Source: Octopus bimaculoides
Lineage: Eukaryota
Direction of reading: 5' to 3'
DNA: 64,000 nucleotides
Assembly (NCBI RefSeq): GCF_001194135.2
Contig: NC_068995.1
Coordinates: forward strand, 15,341,915-15,405,914
The notes below the pieces were generated by a model, which saw only the letters and a list, made by a program, of their open reading frames with translations, had not been told where the DNA came from and did not search any database. Shown here one piece after another: positions 49,648 through 62,025 of the stretch. Each line of letters starts with the position of its first letter. Position 1 is the first letter of the stretch. The translations under genes were made by a program, and so were the position numbers.

Positions 49648-50190
49648 GCTAGCATGGCTGTTTGGTAGGAAGTATGGTTTCCAGCCTTATGGTTCCGGAT
49701 TCAGTCCCACTACATGACACCTTGCGCAAGTGCCTTCTACTATAGCCTCTGGTCGACCAAAGCCTTGTGAGTGGATTTGGTAGACGCAAACTGAAAGAAG
49801 CTCAGCATATATATATTTATGTGTGTACGTGTGTGTGTGTGTATCTTTGTGTCTATGTTTGTTTTCCACTACCTCTTGACGACTGGTGCTGGTTTGTTTA
49901 CATCTCCGTAACTTAGCGGTTCGGCAAAAGAGGCCGATCGTATCCTTTAACTTTTCTTTCAGTTAGTAGAAGCGGCCATGCTGAGGCACAGTCATGAGGA
50001 GTATATTAGTCGAACTAACTGACTCTAGACCAGGCTGGTACTTACCGGTATAAGTACCAGACCAGGCTGGTACTTATACCGGTAAGTACCAGCCTGGTCT
50101 AGGGTTAGTTAGTTCAACTAATATACTCCTCATGACTGTGCCCCAGCATGGCCGCTTCTAATAACTGAAAGAAAAGTTAAAAGATAAAAA
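49648..50190 (+). mobile_element. SINE A with an inverted duplication of its 3' third
   Basis: Normal head to 49940, then the inverted arm 49946-50060, then the normal tail 50067-50190. Confidence 0.9.
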
Positions 50191-50859
50191 ATTAAAAGAT
50201 ATATCATCGAACGAAGTAACTTTACGTTGGTGATCAACCTGCAGGTAATAGCAGATCAATATTGGAAAATTTACGTAACACAGCTTCGAACTGGAGCTCA
50301 CTAGTTTTGCCTTGGATGTAAAAACGGAACGAAATTGCGCACATGCTAAATTATTTCCGTCTAGTTCTATAACATTGCTCGATTTTATTTCAGCTTTTCC
50401 TTTTTCTTCTTTCTCATCAATCTTACTGATTATTTTTTTAGAGGTGTAGATACAGCTGTGTGAGTATGTATACTCGTAAATTTATCTGTATACCTGCATC
50501 TTTAATGTGTGCGTACGAGTGTATTTATAATGCGTTGTTTTCTCTCATGCAACACGTATATAATGTTGGTAAAAGGTCGGGGCAGTTTCAGTGCTACATA
50601 CGTGACGTTTATACGGATAGACTAACCATAAAGACGAGCAAGTATAGCACAGCGAGAAAATAACATATTAAAATAAAAATAATTGTTGACTGGAAGCCTT
50701 CCTAGTTTTAAGTCTTAATGCTTAATCTATTAGCGCTTCGTAGTTCATAACTTCACTTCAGGCAGGCTGATTTGTGATCTCATCTAGAATGAATGACAGG
50801 ACGACAGTAGACTATATCTGAAAGCCAGTGGTGTTTATAAATTATCTTGTCAATGCAGT

Positions 50860-50914
<55 letters not shown>

Positions 50915-50944
50915 ACACGTATATGTATATATGTAGATATAAAT

Positions 50945-51750
50945 ATATCTACTACATATGTAGGAAATTCTGTTTGTGGGTGTGTTTGTGGAGTTGTTAG
51001 CTAACTCCTCCTACATCGTTTTATCGATTTTGATGAAACCTAACACGTGAGTAAAACTCATCACTGGAAACATCATGGCATACTCAGATTGTTGAAAACA
51101 AAATCGATAATAGGGCCCCTGGAAGGGATCCTTATATATATATATATCTAATATATTTTATTTTAAAACCCAAAGAAAATAACTCATTCGCCCCTGGAAG
51201 GGATCCTTATGTATAGTCAAGGGAAATAACCCATTCATTTTCCTAAATTATTTGGTATAAATCAAATTGAGTATGCTTACTTTTTAGTATTTGAACTGTT
51301 AGAGTTATTTTCGCAATTTATCCAGTAAACCCTTAAACAAGTAAATAGTATTTTCCTAAACAATAGATCCACTTATTTTGGTTAGTGACTTATTCACGAA
51401 TATACCAAGACTAGCGCCCCTGAGGGTAATATTCTCTGGGAACGCACAAAAGTCATTTTCAGAGTTATTTACTTTGAATTGTTATTATCTCATATCTTAT
51501 TACCCTTTTATCACGTAACATGCTTTACGATTGTATGTTCTATATATTCTGGGAACGCATTAAAGCCCTTTTCGGGGCAACTTTTTTGAATTCTTACTAT
51601 CGGGTAACTTATTTCATGTTATTACATAACTGACTTCACAATTTGGGTATTCATAACTTATTGGGAATTCTTAAAAACAAGATCCTCTGTAAGACAGTTC
51701 GGTATTCTCTGTAAATGCACAAAAACTGTTTTAAGGGCTACATATTTTGT
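50945..51750 (+). mobile_element. Possible non-autonomous Helitron/DINE-like element
   Basis: ATCTACTACATATGTAGG start, short TG-rich tract, then CTCCTCCTACATCGTTTTATCGATTTTGATGAAAC, a layout I associate with DINE-1/Lep1-like elements. Internal direct repeats. 3' end not located. Confidence 0.4.
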
Positions 51751-52689
51751 ATTGCTGCTATTGGATTAGCGAAGCAATTATGAGAACGGAATCAAGGTAT
51801 AAACCCCGCTTTTCCAGGAATTGCCGTGTACGTCAGCTAGTATATATATANNNNNNNNNNNNNNNNNNNNNNNNNNNNNNNNNNNNNNNNNNNNNNNNNN
51901 NNNNNNNNNNNNNNNNNNNNNNNNNNNNNNNNNNNNNNNNNNNNNNNNNNNNNNNNNNNNNNNNNNNNNNNNGACACACGACTGTGTCCTGTTTGCCAAG
52001 GGAAATCCGGATCCGTTCGTGCTACAGATCATAGTGAGAGGGATAACTTCCCTTGGCAAACAGGACACAGTCGTGTGTCGATAAGCCAGCTGGAGGAGAT
52101 GTCCTCCTGGGGCTAAAAGCAACAGTAACATCCACCCCTAGGGGTCAGCCACACTTAAGTGGCAATATACTACACTTTATCGTGCAGTTACTGTTAATAC
52201 TTCATTTAGAGAATTAACATTGTTTATATATATATATATATATATATATACATACATGCATATGTCTATGTGCTTGTATTTTCTATCTACCATCTCAAAA
52301 CAGCCTCTGTCCGTTTGTTCACGTTCGACGTAACTCAGCGAATTCATTTTAAAAAGCTTCAGCTATAAACGTCGTTTGATTTTTTAAAGAATTTTATTGT
52401 GTTGCATACTATTGGAGGCAGTAGCTGAAAAAGGCAAAATGCTCGATGAAAAAAAGTATGATGGAATAAATCAAGCCTTAGCGTGGGTGGTATACTGTCT
52501 GAATACCTGCTGAAAGAGGCGCCCATCGTTGCCACATCTGTGTGTAGGTTCCTAGCAGGACTCTAAACTCACATCCATGCTACTCATTTTTAAGAAAACA
52601 GTCAAGCGATGGCATTGCTGGGAATCGAGTCGCAGACGCACTGCGCGCGCGTGAATAAGTGTGTGTATTTGTATACATACATACATACA

Positions 52690-52722
<33 letters not shown>

Positions 52723-52767
52723 GTATACAAATATATATATTTATATATCCATACACACACATATAAT

Positions 52768-52856
<89 letters not shown>

Positions 52857-53234
52857 CGACAACCTATTTATTTGTCTATCTATAGTTATATTTTGCGAGA
52901 GTTATACTAATGATAAAAGTTACTGTTACATTCAGCTGAACAAAACTGAAGAGCGTGCGTATATTCGAAAGCCTATCATAGACAGACTCTCCCAAAATAT
53001 GACAATAACGAACTCAACATATTTTCCGATCCAAATCCTTGCAAAACAATTTGAAAATCGATATTTATATGTATGTTAAGCCAAGGTTATTATTTATACG
53101 CAAGTTTCAGATTATTAATGGAGCATTTACTGATGATGGAATTCAATAATGAGGCTAGCGGTAATTCATTGTAAAAAAAACTGGTTGCATATGCTGTCAG
53201 GCCAAACTTAATGACACAATTAATGCGGGTTTTA

Positions 53235-53309
<75 letters not shown>

Positions 53310-53310
53310 G

Positions 53311-53691
53311 TGGAGGCGCAAAGGCCCAGTAGTTAGGGCAGCGGACTCGCGATCATAGGATCGCGGTTTCCATTCTCAGACCGGGCGTTGTGCGTGCTTA
53401 TTGAGCGAAAACACCTAAAGCTCCACGAGGCTCCAGCAGGGGGTGGTGGCGACCCCTGTTATACTCTTTCGCCACAACTTTCTCTCATTCTTTCTTCTTG
53501 TTTCTGTTGTACCTGTATTTCAAAGTGTCAGCCTTGTCACACTGTGTCATGCTGAATATCCCCGAGAACTACGTTAAGGGTACACGTGTCTGTGGAGTGC
53601 TCAGCCACTTGCACGTTAAACTCACGAGCAGGCTGTTCCGTTGATCAGATCAACTGGAACCCTCGACGTCGTAAGCGACGGAGTGCCAACA

Positions 53692-53692
<1 letters not shown>
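53311..53692 (+). mobile_element. SINE C (long core), full length, inserted in (TCTA)n
   Basis: Homologous to 2023-2411. (TCTA)n on both sides. Confidence 0.92.
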
Positions 53693-53743
<51 letters not shown>

Positions 53744-53871
53744 NNNNNNNNNNNNNNNNNNNNNNNNNNNNNNNNNNNNNNNNNNNNNNNNNNNNNNNNN
53801 NNNNNNNNNNNNNNNNNNNNNNNNNNNNNNNNNNNNNNNNNNNNNNNNNNNNNNNNNNNNNNNNNNNNNNN

Positions 53872-53935
<64 letters not shown>

Positions 53936-54249
53936 GCTTTTTATTCTATATCTGAAATAATACATGCCCTAGGTCCATATTTCTAGACTTATCTCGGCAT
54001 GGAGCAATCCGGGTGGATTTTTGTCGCTGTTTTATGATATGTTAGCCCTATCGTGCAGGTGTATAATTAAAGGCTTTGCAGCCGTGGCCGTCCGGTTCCG
54101 TTCCCGTCTCCATTTTTCATTTACACGTTTCTAGAACCACATTATGCAATATGTCCGCTCTTTTAAGATGATGGAGTGACATAACAGCGAATTTTGACCG
54201 GTGCCTGTACAAGTTTGGCCGATGGACCCCATCAAAACCTCTGAGTTTA

Positions 54250-55070
54250 ATAAGGACTGTGATTAACGATTTGCTCTTTATAGATCTCAAATATTTTTGA
54301 TGATTGACATTAAGCTTGTTCCAGGAATCTACAAATAAATATCTTGGCTATAGTGTCCGCTGTTTGTTTCTTGCTATGGTCTGCAATATATTTTACTCTG
54401 TATTTTCTATTAATATAAGCTTTCACGACCAATATATTTCTTTCAGTAGATAAGTTGTTTTATATAAAAAAAAAGGCTTTTCTTTCTATATTATCAACTA
54501 CATTTTTGCCGCTGGATGGAAGTACTATAGATGTGTTATGAATTAATGTTTTTCCATCTAGATTTGCTTTGTACTGTGTAATATATAATATATTGATTCT
54601 AGTTTATGATTTCATCTAATGCATGTTGTTTTTCTATTTGATGCATTGTTTTGATAGCGCGTTCATCTCTTCTATAGCCAGGGTGCATTTGATGCTTGTA
54701 ATATATTTTATGTATGGCATTTCTTTTTTATCACACGGTATTCTGTTTATGAATTCATAGTTTTTGTTTATTATTGTACTGTTTAGTCTACTAAATTATT
54801 TGTATACCCCTTATTGACTATCAATTTGATTTATTGTGTTAATTTGTTTTTGTGATATTATTTTCCATTTTTTTTTTATGAAAGTGGATCTGAAGCTGTT
54901 ACAGGGAGGGATTTTATAAGTGATGTGTTATATCTATATGGACATTTACAATCTCCATTCATGTATCGGTATTCATCAGTATTTTTATCGTATACTAGTA
55001 TAATATATTCTGTCCCTTATCCCTACATTAGCATCTAAAAAATGGAGATGCTGAGCCGTTTGAAATTTTA
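54250..55070 (-). mobile_element. Penelope-like element relic (RT thumb, linker, GIY-YIG)
   Basis: In order on the minus strand: HFLDANV (55024-55044), YMNGDCKCPYRY, VNKGYTN, KIYYKHQMHPGYRRDERAIK, NVV, YIG (54428-54436). Confidence 0.65.
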
Positions 55071-55268
55071 TCTAAGCTATCTTTATATATTGAAGTGGAA
55101 AATACATTTATTTTCGTAAATGTAAATGGATTTACGGACATTATTGCTCAAAAAAGGGAAAAATGATAAATAATAAATTGACAAGCTGAAGCGTAGTCTT
55201 ATTTTCAATAACATATGTTTAAAGTATATGTTATTAAGCATACGCATATGTATGTATGTGTGAGTATG

Positions 55269-55302
<34 letters not shown>

Positions 55303-55737
55303 ATCATAAATTTTCTGTCGATATATTTTCTTATATGAAAGACCTCGATAGTTGCGTAAAAGCATATAATAATATAATCTAATATACAAGCAAAATATGA
55401 TGCAATATATATATATATATATANNNNNNNNNNNNNNNNNNNNNNNNNNNNNNNNNNNNNNNNNNNNNNNNNNNNNNNNNNNNNNNNNNNNNNNNNNNNN
55501 NNNNNNNNNNNNNNNNNNNNNNNNNNNNNNNNNNNNNNNNNNNNNNNNNNNNNNNNNNNNNNNNNNNNNNNNNNNNNNNNNNNNNNNNNNNNNNNNNNNN
55601 NNNNNNNNNNNNNNNNNNNNNNNNNNNNNNNNNNNNNNNNNNNNNNNNNNNNNNNNNNNNNNNNNNNNNNNNNNNNNNNNNNNNNNNNNNNNNNNNNNNN
55701 NNNNNNNNNNNNNNNNNNNNNNNNNNNNNNNNNNNNN

Positions 55738-55768
<31 letters not shown>

Positions 55769-55782
55769 CATACATACATACA

Positions 55783-55817
<35 letters not shown>

Positions 55818-56146
55818 ACACACACACACACACACACACACAGAAACACACACACATATATAATTACATGCATATATATACATACATATACATATATATG
55901 CATGTATGCATACATACATATGCATGTATGTATATATATTGATGCTGTCATAAGAATTTTATAAACGTTCGAGAGAACATAGAACCATTCTTTTTTTGGA
56001 ACAGTGGATATCGAAGCACAGAACGCTTCAAGATCCACTGCCTTCCCAGCGAAGAAGTACATAACGTTCTCTTGAAAATTTCAAAAAGTTTTTTTGACGT
56101 CAACAGCAAAATCCTCGCTGGTAAGAATAAATTTTCTGGGTTTAAT

Positions 56147-56281
56147 AAGGTCTGGCGGTGTGGTAAGAAGTTTGATTCCTAATCACAGGGTTCCGGGATC
56201 AGTCTTACTGCGCGACACCTTGGGTAAGTGTCTTCTACTATAGTCTCGGGCTGACCGAAACCTTGTGAGTGGATTTGGTAG

Positions 56282-56282
<1 letters not shown>
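56147..56282 (+). mobile_element. SINE A head, truncated at (TCTA)n
   Basis: GTGTGGTAAGAAG..GAGTGGATTTGGTAGA. Confidence 0.8.
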
Positions 56283-56333
<51 letters not shown>

Positions 56334-56623
56334 GTCTGTCTGTCTGTCTGCCTGTCTATCTGTCTGTCTTTCTGCGCGCGCGCGCGCGCGTGTGAGTGTG
56401 TGTGCATGAGTGTGAATGTGTTAACTTTTACTTGGAATAATAGATAAGGTTTTGTTCGTCAAACGCAAGAAAAGAGAAACAGGCAATAATGAAACAAAAC
56501 TGCGCTTCTCTTCCTGGATAGGACACCAGTCCCTCACAGGTTCGGTTCTCTATCCCTGCTATTGCTGGTGCCCGTTTTCAGTTGGTCGGACAGAAGTGCC
56601 TTGCTTAAAAAAGAAACACACAA

Positions 56624-56739
<116 letters not shown>

Positions 56740-57354
56740 CCATATGCACACACAAACATATACACAAACAAACACACAACTACACCCTACCCACACACAC
56801 GAACATACGTACGCACACACCTATGCATAGTTGTCGTGTTTATCCTGACAATAACTGGCTCGGAATAACTTAGAAGGAAGTTTCGTTCACTGAGCTGCTG
56901 GAATGCTACCCATTGTGGTATGCGTGTTCAGTAAATGCTTGCTAAGAAATGCTTAGGTTCTATTTCATAGAGTTTGTTTCCATATATGTAACTATATCAT
57001 TTAAATTGAGGATGAGTTTTTTCACACACATATACCTACAACACATACACGCACGTATACACACACACACACACGAACGCACACATGTAAATGCGCCCTC
57101 CCACACACATATAGTTACAAGGTTGCTTGCAAGAACATCTATCCTCGTTCTTCAAAATAACCGTGTTAAATGAATCGATGATACAAAAAGTTAGATGTAT
57201 TTCTGTTTATAATGTTATATTACGGAGATATTGAAGCGAATTTAATACCTAGTACAGACTAAATTCCGCGTTTATATTATCATGGACTACTTCTCGCGTG
57301 ACAACCCAGAGTTTCATGCCTGGTGGCAATCTGCAGGCGAGAATGGTAGAAATG

Positions 57355-57542
57355 AGAGGTCGGACTGCTGCCATGTTGGATGACCCTTCAAAGGTTTTAG
57401 TCAATTAGATGGGACCATAGTGAGTGTTCATTTCAGTCTGATACATATCTTATCGATTTATAGTTTATCGAATTACTAGGTTACGATTTTTGACATAACG
57501 CCTGTTTTACACCGTTTTGCAAAATCACAGGTACTGACACGG

Positions 57543-57584
<42 letters not shown>

Positions 57585-57755
57585 GCGCACACACACACAT
57601 GCTGGCTTCTACAGAGTTCCTATCTGCTAAAGGTTATTCACAGCACAGATCCAAAGGCTACAGTAGAAGATTTTCTTAAGGGGCCGTGCAGTGAGATGGA
57701 AACTGCACTCACGTGATTTTGAAGCGAAACTCCATACCCAAACGGCTATGCATGC
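57355..57755 (-). mobile_element. SINE A, highly degenerate
   Basis: Residual CCATGTTGGA..CCTTCAAAGG tail, central (CA)n, head relic. Confidence 0.5.
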
Positions 57756-58143
57756 ATATGAAACATTGATATGAAGGTGTCTATACGAAGAAAAAGCACG
57801 CGGATAAATGCAGCTCTTGNNNNNNNNNNNNNNNNNNNNNNNNNNNNNNNNNNNNNNNNNNNNNNNNNNNNNNNNNNNNNNNNNNNNNNNNNNNNNNNNN
57901 NNNNNNNNNNNNNNNNNNNNNNNNNNNNNNNNNNNNNNNNNNNNNNNNNNNNNNNNNNNNNNNNNNNNNNNNNNNNNNNNNNNNNNNNNNNNNNNNNNNN
58001 NNNNNNNNNNNNNNNNNNNNNNNNNNNNNNNNNNNNNNNNNNNNNNNNNNNNNNNNNNNNNNNNNNNNNNNNNNNNNNNNNNNNNNNNNNNNNNNNNNNN
58101 NNNNNNNNNNNNNNNNNNNNNNNNNNNNNNNNNNNNNNNNNNN

Positions 58144-58210
<67 letters not shown>

Positions 58211-58634
58211 TATATACATATATATATACATACATATGCGTATATACATACATATATATATGCATATATATGTGTACATATATATACATACACATGTATA
58301 TACATGTATGCATAAATGCATATGTATATATATATACTGATATCGAAAAGGTGAAAACAAGCAATGTTAATTCTCTAAATGAAGTATTAACAGTAGTACA
58401 TATATATGGATATATAAGTCTATATAAACATACATATATGTATATTCATATACACATACATACATACATACATCCATCCATCCATACGTCCATACATACA
58501 TACGTACATATATGTGCATATGCATATATATATCTGTTAAACACACGTGTGTGCTACTATGTATGTTTGCATATATATATATNNNNNNNNNNNNNNNNNN
58601 NNNNNNNNNNNNNNNNNNNNNNNNNNNNNNNNNN

Positions 58635-58678
<44 letters not shown>

Positions 58679-58929
58679 TTAAGTATATACAACAGTGGCG
58701 TTTCCTGCATGAATGCAATTCATGCAATATAGGTCTAAGTCATAAACGTCAATGAAAGACCGAATGAAATATAGCATTGTGCTTGGTTTATTCAAGTCCA
58801 ACTTTATAAAACTTTATGTTGCCCTATTTTCGTTGATATTTTTTGTGAAGATAGAAATGACACGTTTATAAGTACAGTGACTTCTGCGTTATGTCAGAAT
58901 AACATGACAGCTTTCAGAGCCAGATGGTT

Positions 58930-59700
58930 TAAAAGATAGTTAAATAGGTAGGCAAATTGATAGATGGTAAGATAGATAGATAAATTTGTTGTTAAAAAAG
59001 ATAGATAGTTAGATAGGTAAGGAAACAGATAAAATAGCTCTGTAGTTAGGCAAACAAGTGGATAGGTAGATACTTGAAGAGATAGCTATGTAGGTACATA
59101 GGGAAAAAGATAGATTCAAAAGTAGTTAAAATAAATATCTCGGGAAATAGATAGATAAATTGATAGATAGGTAAATAGGTACACAGATACATAGGTAGGT
59201 TCGTGGATATATATATAGATACATGGTTTAGTGGATAGGTGGAAGGATTGATATACAGGTAACTAAATGGATAAATGTGCAGGTGGATAGATGAATAGAT
59301 AAATAGTTCTGTAAACAAGTAGACAGATAGAGAGGTAGGATCTTGTATAGATGCATAGAGAGATAGGTAAGTGGGCAGATGGAGAGATTGTTTCAAAGGT
59401 TGTTAAATAGATAGATATGTAAATAGATTAAAATGCCTGTAAATAGATCGATAGCTTAATTTATAGATAACTTGCTACATAGGCAGAAAAATAGTCCCTT
59501 AGGGTGTTAAACAGATGGCTAGGAGGTAGGCAGGTAGGTAGGTAGGTAGGCTGATTTGTATGAATATAAATATTTATATACAGATGATAATTAGAGATTA
59601 GGTAGATGGGTAGATTGGTATATAGATAATTAGATAGACAGATGTATAGATAGGTAGATAAGCAACTATACTGGTAGAAAGATAGATAAGTGGAAAAAGT
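58930..59700. repeat. Degenerate (TAGA)/(TAGG) array
   Basis: Directly visible. Confidence 0.8.
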
Positions 59701-60166
59701 CTTTAAATAAACGAGGAGATATGCATCAAATTATATTGATCCTCAATTCAAACATTTAAATTACATATACTTTGCGGAAATCATACACTATATGNNNNNN
59801 NNNNNNNNNNNNNNNNNNNNNNNNNNNNNNNNNNNNNNNNNNNNNNNNNNNNNNNNNNNNNNNNNNNNNNNNNNNNNNNNNNNNNNNNNNNNNNNNNNNN
59901 NNNNNNNNNNNNNNNNNNNNNNNNNNNNNNNNNNNNNNNNNNNNNNNNNNNNNNNNNNNNNNNNNNNNNNNNNNNNNNNNNNNNNNNNNNNNNNNNNNNN
60001 NNNNNNNNNNNNNNNNNNNNNNNNNNNNNNNNNNNNNNNNNNNNNNNTATATATATATATATATACATACACGTATGTACGACCAAATTTTAATATTCAT
60101 GTTCATGTTTATGAGAGATTACTTAAAAGAGAATAACTTTATATTACGTTATATATATGTATATAT

Positions 60167-60230
<64 letters not shown>

Positions 60231-60411
60231 GTGTGTGTGTGTTGTGTATGCATACATAGCTATTTATTTTATATTGGTCGTGACAGCGTATTTAATGCCA
60301 GAACATGCAATATCAAATATAAAAGTCATAATTGAATTAAGGCATATAATATACATGTGTATGTGTGTGTGTGTGTGTGTGTGTGCGTACGCGCGTGCGC
60401 GTGTGCGTGTA

Positions 60412-60450
<39 letters not shown>

Positions 60451-60723
60451 AATGCATACACTCACTACACATACACACACACAATACACACACATGTATG
60501 TACGTATGTATGTATGTATGTATGGATACCATTCAAATATCTTATTTTCAATAGTCTCTCATAAACATGAACGTGTATATTAAAATTTGCTGTTATTTGC
60601 ATTCATTCTTTTTCTATATCTAAGGCATGCGTCACTTTCTTCACATTCACGCTTGAAACGCCGCTGCTTTTCTATAGATATAAATTACTTATATTTGAGA
60701 TAGACAGAGAGACAAACAGACAG

Positions 60724-60757
<34 letters not shown>

Positions 60758-61005
60758 ATATGCATGTACACACACACGCACGCGCGCAAAGATCGGTAGA
60801 TGAGGGCTGCAACACTATGTCATTTAGAACTGGTTCTTAATGATAGAGTAAAACAGCAAGTGTGGACAAGTCCTCTCGTCTGCTGGTCATATGGAAAATA
60901 CATACACATGCTCCATGCACACACGCATATATATACACAGACACGTGTGCCTGCACACACGCATGCACTTGTTTATGTATATTTATAAACATATATGTAT
61001 ATAGT

Positions 61006-61055
<50 letters not shown>

Positions 61056-61066
61056 NNNNNNNNNNG

Positions 61067-61203
61067 TACTCTTTCACCACAACTTTCTCTCACTCTTACT
61101 TCCTGTTTCTGTTGTACCTGTAATTCAAAGGGTCAGCCACTTGCACGTTAATTTCACGGATCATCTGGAACCCTCGACGTCGTAAGCGACAGAGTGCCAA
61201 CAA
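61067..61203 (+). mobile_element. SINE C 3' fragment with two internal deletions
   Basis: Compared with 53460-53692. Confidence 0.85.
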
Positions 61204-61674
61204 TATATATGTATATATATATGTATAACAAATAAAAGACAGAAAATGGAATATACGAGAATATATTGTTAATCACAACAATTGTTTCGACACATCTAGC
61301 GTCGATTCCTCTTGAGGGACACTCAACAACTGGTTCAGGAGTATCCGGTGGTGCCGACGTATCTCGTCGGGTGATAAATAAATTTAAAAAAACTCTTTAA
61401 AATGATAGAGTAAAACAGCCAGTGTGGACAAGTCCTCTCGTCTGTTGGTCACATGGACAATACATACACATGCACACGCGCATATATATTCACACACACA
61501 CACACACGTATTTTAGGGTAAACATGTATTTAGGTTTAAAACTACATTAAGGGTGTATAATTATAATTATAGATTCATGCACAAACTACTTTTAAATGCA
61601 TTTGTTATTTGGAGGAGTATTGAGACAAATCAGTTGACGACATCTACCGATTCACTGAATATTTGATACTTGAT

Positions 61675-61708
<34 letters not shown>

Positions 61709-61721
61709 CATTATTATTATT

Positions 61722-61845
61722 TTATGTTTGTCTTTTGCTTTGCATTTCTACAAGTTGGATCCAAGTCTCACCCAGAGACCTCAAAAGACAACAAGTTAGA
61801 AGTTCATGTAGGTGTTATGCCTAGGGTACCATATATTTGGATTTG
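61722..61845 (-). mobile_element. 3' stub of a second TAA-associated LINE family
   Basis: Unique segment flanked by (TTA)n on both sides. On the minus strand it ends ..CAAACATAAAATAATAAT. Family link is from memory of octopod R4/Dong-like tails. Confidence 0.55.
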
Positions 61846-61889
61846 GATTTGGATTATTATTCTCATTATTATCATTATTATTATTATTA

Positions 61890-61920
<31 letters not shown>

Positions 61921-61930
<10 letters not shown>

Positions 61931-62025
61931 TAGTTTTATTTTTATAACGTGCTTTCACTTCACTACCGAGCGCAGCTCTGTGCGCCTTGGGTATGTGCTG
62001 TGGTTTGCTGTGGTGCTCTTATGTT
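61921..62025 (-). mobile_element. 3' end of a TAA-associated LINE running into an N gap
   Basis: 98/100 identical to 6021-6120. Adjoins (TTA)n. Confidence 0.75.

Noticed and set aside
52946-52970. Hammerhead core CTGAAGAG..CGAAA
   Set aside because: Stem II has only one pair and I could not form stems I or III with an NUH site.
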